Assembly (NCBI GenBank): GCA_963719225.1
Contig: CAVRAY010000001.1
Coordinates: 3,814,253 to 3,878,252, forward strand
Source: Thermoanaerobaculia bacterium
Lineage (GTDB): Bacteria > Acidobacteriota > Thermoanaerobaculia > UBA5066
Length of the DNA stretch: 64,000 bases
Reading direction: 5' to 3'
A program made the position numbers and the translations under genes. Of this stretch, positions 34,916-50,379 are shown piece by piece. The stretch's first letter is position 1; the number at the start of each line of letters is the position of its first letter. The notes under the pieces were generated by a model. The model was not told the origin of the DNA, searched no databases, and saw nothing but the letters and a program-made list of their open reading frames with translations.

Positions 34916-35163
34916 TCGCCGAGGCCTTCGGAAGCGAGCGGATCCAGCTCTTTGAGCTCATTCTTGAGAGACGAGCGAGTGTCGAGCGAGGCCCGGCGGT
35001 AAGCCTCTCGAAGGCTTTCCCGGTCTGTGGCTTCCTGCAGAAGCCGCAGGCCGCGCCGCACCACCTCCACCTTGCTCTTGGCCTTCAACCTGGCCTTCAG
35101 CCGAATGACGAGCTTCAGCTCGTCCGGCGGCAGCGTGATGCTCGATTTGGTATTCATTTTCAT
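34909..35163 (-). CDS. Ribbon-helix-helix type antitoxin
   Basis: SSITLP..SKVEVVRRGLRLL, acidic tail; overlaps the toxin start. Confidence 0.8.
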   Translation of the reverse strand: MKMNTKSSITLPPDELKLVIRLKARLKAKSKVEVVRRGLRLLQEATDRESLREAYRRASLDTRSSLKNELKELDPLASEGLGEW

Positions 35164-35207
35164 ATAAAGACAATACCTTATCTCGAGCCGTGCGCCCAGT
35201 CACGCGC

Positions 35208-37184
35208 TCAGCCCGCTGCCGGCTGTGCCGCCCGTGCCTCGAGACGCACCAGGACGCGCACGAGGTCTTCGTGCGCGCCCACGAGGACGAGCGTGTCCCC
35301 CGTGGCGAGGCGGAGGGACTCGGGCGGAGGCGCGTGCGGGATGCCGTCGCGCAGGACGGCCGGCACCGCGACGTGCGCGGCCGCGAGGTCGAGCTCGGAG
35401 AGGGTGCGGCCGTCCGCGGCCGTGTCGGGCATCACGAGAAAGAGCTCGCTCGTCCCCGCCGCGACGAGGGCCGAGAGTCGCCGGCCGCTCTCCGCCTTCG
35501 ATTGCGGATCGCGCAGCCGCCGGTACGCCTCGTCGCGCAGGATGCGGATCTGCGTCGCCACGATGTTTCCGGGCACGTGGAGGAGGCGCAGGACGCGCGC
35601 GACGAGCTCGATCGATGTCTCGAACTCCTCCGGAATGACCTCGTCGGCTCCGAGCGCGCGCAGAGTCTCGACCTCCTTCACGTAGCGCGTCCTCACGAGA
35701 ACCCGCACGTCCGCGTTTTTCGTTCGGGCGAGGCGTACGACGCGCCGGCAGGCATCGGGGTCGGGGATCGTCACGACGACTCCGAGCGCCCGCTCGACCC
35801 CGGCGGCGTGCAGGCCCTCCGGGCCCGTCGCGTCGGCGCGGAGGACGTGCAGGCCCTCGTGACGCGCCGCCGCCACGCGCTCCGGGTCGATGTCCACGAG
35901 GACGTGCGGGATCCCCGTCTCGAGGAGGACGCGGGCCACGTTCGTGCCGTTCAGTCCGGCACCCACGACCACGATGTGCCGCGAGAGCGGTGCCTCCGAG
36001 GTTTCACCGGGATCCTCGACGGCCTCGGGCAGCTTCAACGCGAGGGCAGGACCGGCCGCGACGAGGAAGGGAGCCAGAGCGAGCGTTCCGACCGTCGCGG
36101 CGAGGACGACCTGCCGCGCCTCGCCCGTGAGGAGGGCAAGCGAGATTCCCGTCGTCGCGAGGACGAAGGAGAACTCCCCGACGTTCGCGAGGGCGAGCGC
36201 CGCGCGCAGCGCCGTCCGGGGAACCGTGCCCGCGGCGCGCAGCGCCCCGAAAGCCGCCGCCGTCTTGACGGCGACGAGAGCGACGACGACGCCGGCGACC
36301 TCGACGGGATGCGTCGCGAGAAAACCGGGCTCGAGGAGCATCCCGATCGAGACGAAGAAGAGGCTCGAAAGCAGGTCGTGGAGCGGTGCCAGAGTCGCCG
36401 CGACCTCGTGGACGTGGTCGCTTTCGCCGAGCACGATCCCTGCGGCGAACGCACCCATCGCCGCCGAGACGCCCGCCTTCTCGCCCGCCGCGATCATCGC
36501 GAGGACGAAGACGACGACCGCCCCCGTGAAGATCTCGCGGCTTCCCATGCGAGCGACGCCGTCGAGGAGACCCGGCGCCGCGCGGCGCGCCAGGGCGACG
36601 AGGATCGCCACGCTCGCGATCGCAATCGCGACGCGGCTCGCGACGGCGACGAGGCCCGGCCCGCTCCCGGAGCCGAGCGCCGGAAGGAAGAGAACGATCG
36701 GGATCACGGCGAGGTCCTGGAACAGCGCGACGGCGAGAAAGCGCCGGCCGTAGGGCGCCGCGAGCTCGTCGCGCTGCTTGAGGATCGGAAGTACGACCGC
36801 GGTGGACGAAACCGACACGAGGAGGCCGAGAAACACCGCTTCGTTGGTGGGGCTCCCGGCGAACCGGGCGAGAGCGGCTCCGGCAACGGCCGTCAGAGCC
36901 ATCTGAAGCGTTCCGCCGACGAGGGACGTTCGGCCGAGCGCCTTCAGGCGCCGGATCGGGAACTCGAGCCCGACGAAGAGAAGGATGAGCGCGACCCCGA
37001 ACTCGGCGATCGACTCGACGCGGTCCGCGTCGCGGACCCAGCCGAGCGCGTGCGGCCCGATGGCGATTCCGGTGACGAGGAAGCCGACGACCTGCGGGAG
37101 CTTCAGTCGGCGGCAGACGAACAGGACGGGAAACGACGCCGCCAGGACGACCGCGAGGTCGCGCAGAAACGTCCGCTCCCACAT
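35208..37184 (-). CDS. CPA2 cation:proton antiporter (KefB/KefC-like) with RCK_N and RCK_C domains
   Basis: About 12 TM, SSTAVV, FQDL, GEFSFVL; GAGLNG RCK_N; IPEEFETS. Confidence 0.93.
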   Translation of the reverse strand: MWERTFLRDLAVVLAASFPVLFVCRRLKLPQVVGFLVTGIAIGPHALGWVRDADRVESIAEFGVALILLFVGLEFPIRRLKALGRTSLVGGTLQMALTAVAGAALARFAGSPTNEAVFLGLLVSVSSTAVVLPILKQRDELAAPYGRRFLAVALFQDLAVIPIVLFLPALGSGSGPGLVAVASRVAIAIASVAILVALARRAAPGLLDGVARMGSREIFTGAVVVFVLAMIAAGEKAGVSAAMGAFAAGIVLGESDHVHEVAATLAPLHDLLSSLFFVSIGMLLEPGFLATHPVEVAGVVVALVAVKTAAAFGALRAAGTVPRTALRAALALANVGEFSFVLATTGISLALLTGEARQVVLAATVGTLALAPFLVAAGPALALKLPEAVEDPGETSEAPLSRHIVVVGAGLNGTNVARVLLETGIPHVLVDIDPERVAAARHEGLHVLRADATGPEGLHAAGVERALGVVVTIPDPDACRRVVRLARTKNADVRVLVRTRYVKEVETLRALGADEVIPEEFETSIELVARVLRLLHVPGNIVATQIRILRDEAYRRLRDPQSKAESGRRLSALVAAGTSELFLVMPDTAADGRTLSELDLAAAHVAVPAVLRDGIPHAPPPESLRLATGDTLVLVGAHEDLVRVLVRLEARAAQPAAG

Positions 37185-37260
37185 GGAGCCAGTATAGGAA
37201 CGCTCGATGATCGGCGCGTGACCGCGAACCTCATGCCGCCCGTGCGGTAGGCTCGCCGCG

Positions 37261-38097
37261 ATGCGCGAGCCCGGACGCGTGGACGTCGTACCGCTCTTCC
37301 TGCCGCTTCACGAGGAGCTCGTGAAGCTCCTGTCCGGACTTTCGGCCGCCGATTGGGAGCGCCCCACCGTCGCCGGAACGTGGCGCGTGCGCGACGTGGC
37401 GGCGCACCTCCTCGACACCGATCTCAGGCGGATCTCGTGGCAACGGGACGGCTGGGCCTTGCCGGTCGAGACGACGGTCACGGGATGGGATGACCTCGTG
37501 AGGCTCCTCAACGGCCTCAACGCGGGATGGGTGCAGGCGGCACGGCGGCTCTCACCGCGCGTCCTCCTCGAGCTCCTGACGTATTCAGGCCGCGAGCTGG
37601 CGGCCGTCGTCGCGACGCTCGATCCCGACGCGCCCGCGCCGTTCAGCGTCCTCTGGGCGGGTCAGGCCGAATCGACGAACTGGTTCGACCTCGGTCGCGA
37701 GTACACGGAGAAATGGCATCACCAGGCGCAGATCCGCCTCGCGGTGGGAGCAGCGCCGCTCGACGAGCGCCGCCTTCTGCACCCTGTACTCGCCTTCTCG
37801 ATGCACGCCCTGCCGCGGGCCCTCGAGGGCGAGGCGGCTCCCGAGGGCACGGCGGTGAGCGTCTCCATCGCCGGCGAGGCCGGAGGCGCGTGGTCGGCCG
37901 TCCGCGAACCCGCCGGCTGGCGGCTCTTCGAAGGGGAACCCTCGGCTCCTTCTGCCCGCGTCACGATGGACGGAGAGACCGCGTGGCGGCTCCTCTACAA
38001 CGCGCTCCCCGCCGAGGAGGCCCGCGCGCGCGTCACCGCCGAGGGCGACGGGCGGCTCGTCGCCGCCGTCCTCAGAACGCGATCCGTGATGGTGTGA
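37261..38097 (+). CDS. MDMPI-like (mycothiol maleylpyruvate isomerase N-terminal / DinB superfamily) protein
   Basis: DW..PT...[15 protein letters not shown]. Confidence 0.82.
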   Translation: MREPGRVDVVPLFLPLHEELVKLLSGLSAADWERPTVAGTWRVRDVAAHLLDTDLRRISWQRDGWALPVETTVTGWDDLVRLLNGLNAGWVQAARRLSPRVLLELLTYSGRELAAVVATLDPDAPAPFSVLWAGQAESTNWFDLGREYTEKWHHQAQIRLAVGAAPLDERRLLHPVLAFSMHALPRALEGEAAPEGTAVSVSIAGEAGGAWSAVREPAGWRLFEGEPSAPSARVTMDGETAWRLLYNALPAEEARARVTAEGDGRLVAAVLRTRSVMV

Positions 38098-38110
38098 GCG
38101 GATGCGGCGC

Positions 38111-39472
<1,362 letters not shown>

Positions 39473-39474
39473 GA

Positions 39475-40152
39475 TCACTCCTTCGGGAAGGGGGAAGAGA
39501 GCGCCGCGGTGAGGAGCCGCGCGAGCTCGGGGAGGTTTTCGCCCGTCTCGGCCGAGACGGGCAGGAGGGGGCGGGATTCGTCGCGATACGCGGCCGCGAG
39601 CGTGCGCTGCCGCCGAACGCGCTCGGACGGTTTCACCGCATCCCATTTCGTAGCGGCCACGATCGTGGGAACGCGGGAGTTTCTGAGGAAGAGCGCCATG
39701 GAGAGATCGCTCGGTTGCGGGTCGAGGCGGCCGTCGACGAGGAGAAGCGCGGCACTCGCCGGGGCGCCCTGCGGCGAGCCCAGGAGAAGGTCTTCGATCA
39801 GCCCTTCGAAGCTCTCTCTCTTCTCTTTCGCCGTTTTGGCGTATCCGTATCCGGGACAATCCACGACGTCGAATCTCTCTCCCACGCGATACCAGAAGAG
39901 CGCCTGCGTGCGGCCCGGCGTCTGCGAGACCCGTGCGACCTTCGTGCCAAGCAGGGAGTTCAAGAGGCTGGACTTCCCCACGTTCGAGCGGCCGAGGACC
40001 GCCAGAGCGGGGACGGGGTCACCCTTCGGGCGCTCGCCCGCCCGATAAGCGGGAAGAACGAGACGCACTTCGGCGCCGGCGGCGAGCGGACCTCGCACGC
40101 TGCCGGACCGGAGCCCGGCGCCTGATCTCGTGGGAGACAAAGTCGTCGTCAT
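39475..40152 (-). CDS. engB: Ribosome biogenesis GTPase EngB/YsxC
   Basis: [23 protein letters not shown]; follows lon. Confidence 0.92.
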   Translation of the reverse strand: MTTTLSPTRSGAGLRSGSVRGPLAAGAEVRLVLPAYRAGERPKGDPVPALAVLGRSNVGKSSLLNSLLGTKVARVSQTPGRTQALFWYRVGERFDVVDCPGYGYAKTAKEKRESFEGLIEDLLLGSPQGAPASAALLLVDGRLDPQPSDLSMALFLRNSRVPTIVAATKWDAVKPSERVRRQRTLAAAYRDESRPLLPVSAETGENLPELARLLTAALSSPFPKE

Positions 40153-40245
40153 GGGAGAGGTCGAAATCCCCTGGGAGGGGAAAGAGAAGATTTTCTTAGA
40201 AGGATAAAGAGCGGGAAACCGCCCTCGCCGGGAAGTTTATCAGAC

Positions 40246-42669
<2,424 letters not shown>

Positions 42670-42691
42670 CGGGACGTCACCGAATCCAAGC

Positions 42692-43936
<1,245 letters not shown>

Positions 43937-44065
43937 ACCGGAATTGACCCGCCCTTTCGGACTCCAGAGCCCATCTTAGCGCCGCCCCGATACCCCGAAC
44001 AAGCCGGAGACTCGGGACATTCCCGGGCGGGCGCCTGCAGAACTTACCCTATTATCTCACGTCGC

Positions 44066-45499
44066 GTGAAGACGTTTCCGCTGCGCGCCGCGGGGCTCTT
44101 CCTGGCGGCGTGGGCCGGGATCTCGCACGCGGACGAGCCCCGGGAATCCCCCACCGGCCGCTTCCACCTCTTCCCCGAGGAACCCTCCGCCTCGTCGGCG
44201 CCGTCTCCGCCCGTCGCGCCGAAGCCGGGCAAGCGCTTCTGGCTCGCCTCGGCCGAGATCCTGTCCCTCGAGATCATCCCGTACACCCAGAACCGGTACC
44301 TCAACCACGAGGACTACGCGCTCATCTCGTGGATCTCCATTCGCGACAACCTCCAGAGCGGGCTCACGTTCGACGGCGACAAGTTCACGACGAACCAGCT
44401 CGGGCACACGGTGTCGGGGGCCCTCTTCTTCAACGCCCCGCGCACGAACGGCTACTCGTTCTGGGAGTCGGCTCCCTTCGTCCTCGCGGGAAGCTACGTC
44501 TGGGAGATGGTGTTCGAGACGCAGAAGCCTTCCCTGAACGACCTCGTGAACACGACGCTCGGCGGCATGGTGTCGGGCGAGGCGACGTACCGGCTCTCGC
44601 AGATGCTTCTCGACGACCGCGCGCGCGGCGGGCCGCGCGTCCTGCGCGAGACGGCGGCCGCGCTGTTGAACCCGACCCAGCTCGTCACGCGCCTCACGAC
44701 GGGAGACCTCTGGGCGGTCCGCTCCAGCCGCGGCGATTACCTCGTCCCGTCGTGTTTCGTCGCCGAGGCGGACCTCGGCTGGCGCCATTTCGTCTCGAGC
44801 CGCCGCGCGGACCCCGATCAGGCGCTGCTGACGCTCAACCTCCGTTACGGCGACCCATTTGGGCGCGCGGTCTCCAGGCCCTTCGACTCTTTCGAAGCCT
44901 CGCTCGACGTGTCGATGCCGAGCTCGGCCGTGCTCACGCACGTCGAGCTCCGGGGCCTCCTGGGCGGATGGGACCTCGACCCCGGCTCGCCGGGCGGCCG
45001 GCATGTCCTCGGCTTCTTCATGGACTTCGACTACACGAACAACGACACGCGGGTCTTCAGCTCGCAGACCTTCCGGTTCGGGCTCCTCTCGCTGCGCCCG
45101 CTCGGGAAGGGGATCGAGCTTCGGGCCGAGCTCGTCGGGGCGGGAGCGCCTGTCATCGCGCTCCAGAACGACTACCCGGACGCCAGCAAGGACCTCGTCG
45201 GCCGCAAGTACGACTACGGGCCGGGCGCCGCCGTCTTCACCGCGGTCCGCCTGAGGCGCGAAGAGCTCGACCTCCTGACCCTGACGTACTCGGTGTTCTG
45301 GACCCACACCTCGAGCGGCATCGCCCGGAACAGCAGCCTCCAGTCGTTCCGGGCGGAAGCGCGCGTTCCCCTCGGCGGCGGCTTCTCGATGGGCGGCTCC
45401 TGGACGTGGGGGAAGAGGATCTCGACCTACGACGCGCACGACTCGATCGCCGTCGCCGCGATCCAGGGGCGCGTCTTCGTCTCCTGGCTGTTCCGTTAG
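44066..45499 (+). CDS. DUF3943-like secreted/outer-membrane protein
   Basis: Signal peptide; D.D.F.TNQ.GH..G..FN..R.NG, WE..E..PSLND..TT.GG..GE; beta-strand-like C-terminus ending SWLFR. Confidence 0.75.
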   Translation: MKTFPLRAAGLFLAAWAGISHADEPRESPTGRFHLFPEEPSASSAPSPPVAPKPGKRFWLASAEILSLEIIPYTQNRYLNHEDYALISWISIRDNLQSGLTFDGDKFTTNQLGHTVSGALFFNAPRTNGYSFWESAPFVLAGSYVWEMVFETQKPSLNDLVNTTLGGMVSGEATYRLSQMLLDDRARGGPRVLRETAAALLNPTQLVTRLTTGDLWAVRSSRGDYLVPSCFVAEADLGWRHFVSSRRADPDQALLTLNLRYGDPFGRAVSRPFDSFEASLDVSMPSSAVLTHVELRGLLGGWDLDPGSPGGRHVLGFFMDFDYTNNDTRVFSSQTFRFGLLSLRPLGKGIELRAELVGAGAPVIALQNDYPDASKDLVGRKYDYGPGAAVFTAVRLRREELDLLTLTYSVFWTHTSSGIARNSSLQSFRAEARVPLGGGFSMGGSWTWGKRISTYDAHDSIAVAAIQGRVFVSWLFR

Positions 45500-45627
45500 C
45501 GAGAGCGCGGGTGAACGCCGAACCGGGGATCCATGGGATGGTCGTCCGGCTCGCCGATCACGAGCTTCGAGAACTCCGGATGCGCCGGGTTGAGGAGGAA
45601 GTCTCCAGGATCGCGAGCGATCGTCAA
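45496..45627 (-). pseudogene. RES-domain toxin remnant (internal deletion)
   Basis: TTGA overlap with the antitoxin stop; only the C-terminal FLLNPAHPEF..DPRF remains (43 codons). Confidence 0.75.
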
Positions 45628-45884
45628 GAAAAAACGCCGTGCTCGAGCCGACCGATGAGGGCTTCGACCTCCCGCGCTCCGAGCTCCGTCGCGAGGAGCT
45701 CGAGAGGCGTTTTCTCTCCGAGCGCTTTCTGCTTCTGCAGCATCCATCGTCGCGCCGCAACGCCATCGCCCTCGAAGAGCTTGATGGCCTCCGGAAACAA
45801 GGGTGAAACACGAAGAATACGGTTGGATTCCGCCGGTTCGAGTCTCCCGCGCTCTCTTCGTCTACCCATATGGCGCAAAGTCAA
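45624..45884 (-). pseudogene. Xre/MbcA/ParS antitoxin, C-terminal part only
   Basis: GRL...ES.R..R, A..W......LG..TPL.LL.T..G..EV..LIGRLEHGVFS; N-terminal HTH missing. Confidence 0.8.
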
Positions 45885-45889
45885 ATCCG

Positions 45890-46489
45890 TTAGGCCGCGG
45901 TCTTGGCGTCGTCGCGGCGGCGGATGACGAGGTCGATGAGCCCGTATTCCTTCGCGCCGTCGGGCTCGAAGATGTTGTCCCGGTCCGTGTCGCGCGAGAT
46001 CTTCTCGACGGGCTGGCCCGTGTGGTGGGCGAGGATCTCGTTCAGGCGCTGCTTCGTGCGCAGCATCTCGCGGGCCTGGATCTCGATGTCCGAGGCCTGC
46101 CCTTCGGCGCCGCCGTGGGGCTGGTGGATCAGGATGCGCGCGTTCGGGAGCGCGGCGCGCTTGCCCTTCGCGCCGCCGGCGAGGAGCATGGCTCCCATCG
46201 AGGCGGCCTGCCCGAGGCAGTACGTCGCGACGTCGGGCTTGACGTACTGCATCGTGTCGTAGATCGCCAGGCCGGCCGAGACGGAGCCGCCCGGCGAGTT
46301 GATGTAGAGCGTGATGTCCTTCTCGGGGTTCTCGGCCTCGAGGAAGAGCATCTGCGCGATGATGAGGTTCGCGACGTCGTCGTTGATTCCCGAGCCCAGG
46401 AAGATGACGTTGTCCTTGAGCAGGCGCGAGTAGATGTCGTACGCGCGCTCGCCCCGGTTCGTCTGCTCGATGACCATCGGAATCAGCAT
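45890..46489 (-). CDS. clpP: ATP-dependent Clp protease proteolytic subunit
   Basis: [24 protein letters not shown]. Confidence 0.98.
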   Translation of the reverse strand: MLIPMVIEQTNRGERAYDIYSRLLKDNVIFLGSGINDDVANLIIAQMLFLEAENPEKDITLYINSPGGSVSAGLAIYDTMQYVKPDVATYCLGQAASMGAMLLAGGAKGKRAALPNARILIHQPHGGAEGQASDIEIQAREMLRTKQRLNEILAHHTGQPVEKISRDTDRDNIFEPDGAKEYGLIDLVIRRRDDAKTAA

Positions 46490-46534
46490 GGGGATCGCCT
46501 CCGCTTCCCTAGTGTACCCAGACAGGTTCCCCCC

Positions 46535-47836
46535 TCAGCTCGCGACGGCGGCCTCGGCCAGGAGAAAGTCGAGGACGCGTTCGATCCTGAGCTCCTCGCG
46601 GACCCCTTCGAGGCGCTCCGCCTTCACGAGCGCGCTCTTGAGGTCGCCGAACGACAGGCCCATCCCCTGCGCGCGGCGCTTCAGCTCCGCGTCGAGCTCG
46701 GTGTCCGTCACCGCGACGCTCTCCTTGTCGGCGATCGCGTCGAGAATCAGGTATTCCTTCACGCGGCGCTCGGCCGACGGCCGGGCTTCCTTGCGCAGGT
46801 TGTTCCAGTCCACCTGCGCCTCCTTCAGGTCGACGCCCTCGCGCGTCAGGTGCCGGGCGTAGTCCTTCAGGGCGGAATCGACCTCGGACTCGACCATCGT
46901 CTCGGGGGCCGGGACTTCGTGGAGGGCGAGGAGGCCGTCGAGGACGGCGCGGCGCCGCGTCTCCCGCACCGCCTGCTCTTTCTCCCGCGCGAGCGACTCG
47001 GCGACCTTCTCGCGCAGCATCGCGAGGTCCGCGCTCTCCGGAGCTTCGCCGTCGCGCGGCGTCAGCGCGAGCCGCGCGAGCTCGTCGTCGAGCGCGGGCA
47101 GGACGCGTGCCTTGAGGGCCACGAGGTGCACCGTGTAGAGGACGGTCTTCCCGGCGAAGTTCTGGTCCGGCACGTCCGCCGGCCAGTCCTTCTGGAACGT
47201 CACGGTGACCCCCGGCTCGGCATTGCGCACGTGCGCGGACAGCTCAGGCATCGTGTGCTCGCCGCCGATCTCGACCATGGTCTTTTCGGCCTCGAAGTCC
47301 TTTCCGTCCCCTTTCGGAAACGAGCCCTTGATGTCCACGAGCGCGAAGTCGCCGTCCTTCGCGGGCCGGCCCTCGATCGGGTCGAACGTCGCGTGCCCCT
47401 CGCGGATGCGCCCGATGAGCCCGTCGATCTCCGCTTCGGTCGGAACGACGTTCCCCGCCGGCACCTTCAGGCCGCGGTAGTCCTTCGGCTCCAGCGAGGG
47501 GCGTACCTCGAGGTCGACACGGAAGGAAAGCGGCTCCTCGAACGCGAACTTCAGGTCTCCGATCTTCGGCTGCCCGAGAGGCACGAGGTTCTTCTCCTTC
47601 AACGCCTCTCCGACCGTGGCCTGGATGAGGTGCTCCAGGACCTCGCCCTTCACCTCCTCGGCGAACCGCTTCTTGATCATCTCGGGCGGCACCTTGCCGG
47701 GCCGGAAGCCCGGAAGGCGGACCTGCTTCGCAAACGCCTTCACCGTGCGGTCCGTGGCCTTCCGGACGTCGTCCGCGGGGACCTCGAAGGTGAAGGTTTT
47801 CTTCGTGGGAGATTCGTCGACGTACGAGGTGATCAT
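46535..47836 (-). CDS. tig: Trigger factor
   Basis: GFRPGKVP signature, FKBP-like middle domain; tRNA-Leu-tig-clpP synteny. Confidence 0.95.
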   Translation of the reverse strand: MITSYVDESPTKKTFTFEVPADDVRKATDRTVKAFAKQVRLPGFRPGKVPPEMIKKRFAEEVKGEVLEHLIQATVGEALKEKNLVPLGQPKIGDLKFAFEEPLSFRVDLEVRPSLEPKDYRGLKVPAGNVVPTEAEIDGLIGRIREGHATFDPIEGRPAKDGDFALVDIKGSFPKGDGKDFEAEKTMVEIGGEHTMPELSAHVRNAEPGVTVTFQKDWPADVPDQNFAGKTVLYTVHLVALKARVLPALDDELARLALTPRDGEAPESADLAMLREKVAESLAREKEQAVRETRRRAVLDGLLALHEVPAPETMVESEVDSALKDYARHLTREGVDLKEAQVDWNNLRKEARPSAERRVKEYLILDAIADKESVAVTDTELDAELKRRAQGMGLSFGDLKSALVKAERLEGVREELRIERVLDFLLAEAAVAS

Positions 47837-47869
47837 CGTGTGTCCTTGTCGTGCTGCTGAAAGGCGTTC

Positions 47870-47954
47870 TGGTGCGGGAGGAGGGACTCGAACCCTCACG
47901 GGTTGCCCCACGGGATCCTAAGTCCCGCGCGTCTGCCGATTCCGCCACCCCCGC
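47870..47954 (-). tRNA. tRNA-Leu(TAG)
   Basis: GCGGGGG acceptor, CGGGA-CTTAGGA-TCCCG anticodon arm, long variable arm, GTTCGAGTC, CCA. Confidence 0.96.
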
Positions 47955-47971
47955 GGGGCCGCCAACTTAGC

Positions 47972-50131
47972 TCATTTTTCCAGGTATTTCTTCATCCAGC
48001 CGAAAACGGCTTCGTGCCAGCGCTTGCTGTTCAGCGGTTTCAGCACGAAGTGGCCTTCGTCGGGGAAGACGAGCGCCTCGGACGGCACTCCCTTGCGTCG
48101 CAGCGCCGTGAAGAGCTGCAGGCCCTGGTCGACGGGCACGCGGAAGTCCTTTTCGTTCGTGATGACGAGCGTGGGAGTCGTGATCCTGTCGGCGAAATGG
48201 TGCGGCGACCACTTCGCGAACTGCTCCTTCGCCTTCGCCGTCCACGGGGCACCGCCGAAATCCCAGTCCGTGAACCACAGCTCCTCGGTCACCGTGGTCA
48301 TGGACTCCAGGTTGAAGACGCCGTCGTGCGTCACCGCCGCCTTGAAGCGGCCCGTGTGGCCGAGGATCCAGTCCACCGCGTAGCCCCCGTAGCTCGCACC
48401 CGCGATCCCCTGCCGCGCCGCGTCCACGAACGGCAGCTTCACGACGGCGTCGAAGACCGCGTCGAGGTCGACCATGACCTTTCCGCCCCAGTCGCCGGAA
48501 ATCTCGTCCACGAACTTCTGGCCGAAGCCCGTCGACCCGCGGGGGTTCGGCGCCACGACGACCCAGCCCTGGGCGGCCCAGAGGCTCGGGCACCAGCGGA
48601 ACGACCAGCCGTCCTCCCACGCGCCCTGCGGGCCGCCGTGGATGAGAAAGACGACGGGATATTTCTTCGACGCGTCGAACGCCGGAGGCTTGATGAGCCA
48701 GTACTGCACGCGCGCGCCCGCGGCGCCGGTCGCGGAGAGACTCTCCGGCTGGCTGAAAGAGACGTCCTTCCGCCAGGATCGGTTTTCGTCGGTCAGCGCG
48801 CGAACCCGCGAAGCTTTCGCCTGCTGGCTTTTCGCGCCGGGAGACGGCGGTTTTTCTTCGAGCGGTAAAGAGAAGATTTCCGGCGGAGCGGTGAGCGAGG
48901 CCTCGGTGAACACGAGGAATCCGTTTCCCGCCCGCAGCGAACCGATCGCGCCGCCCTTCCTCAGCTCACGGGGCGTGCCCCCCGAGAGGGACACTTCGAA
49001 GAGATCTTTTCTTCCCTCTCTCTCTGCGGTGAAGTAGACAGTCTTGCCGTCGCGTGACAGGCAGAAATCCGAAACAGAAAGATCCGGTTCTTCGAACAGC
49101 GTCCGCTTCACCTTCGTCTTCCGGTCGTAGAGGTCGAGGTACCAGCGGTCCGCCTCGAACGTCGGCCGCCTCTGCGCGCGCACGAGGATCGACGCGCCGT
49201 CGGGCGTGAAGACGGGATTGAAGTCCGCCGCGGCGTTCTGGACCGTGAGCTTTTCGGCGGCGCCTCCCGCCACGGGCACGAGAAAGACGTCCTTGTTCGT
49301 CGTGAAGGCCTCCCGGTCGTTTCCGTCGCGGTTCGAGACGAACGCGATCTCCTTCCCGTCCGGCGAGAAGGCGAGGGCGCCCTCCTCGTACTGGTGCGGG
49401 GGCGAGTCGAAATCGCCCGGCGTCACGTCCGTCACGGCGCCCGTGGCGACGTCGGCCACCAGGACGTGGTGCCGCACGTTCTCCCGCCACTCGTCCCAGT
49501 GGCGGTACATCAGGCGCGTGAGGTGATGGACCTTGACGGGGCTTTTCTCGGCCTCTTCGTGCCGCTTCCGGTTGCAGGCTTCGTCGGCGCAATCGGGAAA
49601 CACGTCGGAGACGAAAGCCAGCTTCTTTCCGTCCGGCGAGAAGACGAGCGGATCCTGCACGCCCTTCGCGAGGTCCGTCAGCTTGCGGGGCTCGCCGCCG
49701 GCGAGATCGAGAAGGTATACCTGCCGCACGCCGCCGCTCCGGGTGGAGATGAACGCGAGCGTCTTTCCGTCCGGCGAGAAGCGGGGGGTGTCGTCCGTCT
49801 TCTCGTTTCGCGTGAGCGGGCGGGGCGGCGCGGAGCCGTCGGCGGGCACGAGCCACACGTCCGCATCGCGCTTGCCGGCGGCGAGGTCCGTCGTCGTTCG
49901 CACGTACGCAACCATCCGCCCGTCCGGCGAGACCTGGGGGTCCGTCACGCGCACGGCCGTGAGGAGGTCGTCGAGCGACATCGGGCGCCCGGAGGGCGGG
50001 GCGGCGGAAGCGGGCGAGGAGAAGAAAGAGATTCCTAGAAAGGTGAAGAGCGCCACGGCGCCGGCGCAGCGCGCGAAACGGACGGCGCGGCGCGCGGCCG
50101 CGAGAATGCCTTCTTCTCTCTTCTTACTCAT
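47972..50131 (-). CDS. S9 family peptidase (beta-propeller + prolyl oligopeptidase domain)
   Basis: SPDG repeats, IHGGPQ, GASYGG, DFRV, DEGH; true start may lie downstream of 50131. Confidence 0.93.
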   Translation of the reverse strand: MSKKREEGILAAARRAVRFARCAGAVALFTFLGISFFSSPASAAPPSGRPMSLDDLLTAVRVTDPQVSPDGRMVAYVRTTTDLAAGKRDADVWLVPADGSAPPRPLTRNEKTDDTPRFSPDGKTLAFISTRSGGVRQVYLLDLAGGEPRKLTDLAKGVQDPLVFSPDGKKLAFVSDVFPDCADEACNRKRHEEAEKSPVKVHHLTRLMYRHWDEWRENVRHHVLVADVATGAVTDVTPGDFDSPPHQYEEGALAFSPDGKEIAFVSNRDGNDREAFTTNKDVFLVPVAGGAAEKLTVQNAAADFNPVFTPDGASILVRAQRRPTFEADRWYLDLYDRKTKVKRTLFEEPDLSVSDFCLSRDGKTVYFTAEREGRKDLFEVSLSGGTPRELRKGGAIGSLRAGNGFLVFTEASLTAPPEIFSLPLEEKPPSPGAKSQQAKASRVRALTDENRSWRKDVSFSQPESLSATGAAGARVQYWLIKPPAFDASKKYPVVFLIHGGPQGAWEDGWSFRWCPSLWAAQGWVVVAPNPRGSTGFGQKFVDEISGDWGGKVMVDLDAVFDAVVKLPFVDAARQGIAGASYGGYAVDWILGHTGRFKAAVTHDGVFNLESMTTVTEELWFTDWDFGGAPWTAKAKEQFAKWSPHHFADRITTPTLVITNEKDFRVPVDQGLQLFTALRRKGVPSEALVFPDEGHFVLKPLNSKRWHEAVFGWMKKYLEK

Positions 50132-50174
50132 TCTAAGAATCCTCTCTTCGTCTTCCGTCTCTTACTTCAACCCG

Positions 50175-50205
50175 AAAAAAAGCCGGCCGCGCGTGCGACC
50201 GGCTT
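50175..50205 (-). terminator. Intrinsic terminator downstream of tRNA-Lys
   Basis: AAGCCGGTCGC..GCGGCCGGCTT hairpin followed by a T-run on the minus strand. Confidence 0.75.
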
Positions 50206-50216
50206 CGAAGAATTCA

Positions 50217-50292
50217 TGGTGAGCCGCGAGGGACTTGAACCCACAACCCACAGATTAAGAGTCTGTTGCTCTGCCAATTGAGCTAGCGGCCC
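50217..50292 (-). tRNA. tRNA-Lys(CTT)
   Basis: GGGCCGC acceptor, ACAGA-CTCTTAA-TCTGT anticodon arm, GTTCAAGTC, CCA. Confidence 0.96.
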
Positions 50293-50326
50293 GTGCGGCT
50301 CCGGGTGCGCACCGAAGCGGCCGCGC

Positions 50327-50355
50327 AATATACCTTCTCCGGGCGGGACCTTCAA
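50327..50355 (-). promoter_or_regulatory. Sigma70-type promoter of tRNA-Lys
   Basis: TTGAAG-N17-TATATT followed by GCGCGGCCGC. Confidence 0.65.
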
Positions 50356-50379
50356 GCGACCTAAGACGTTACGTGGATT

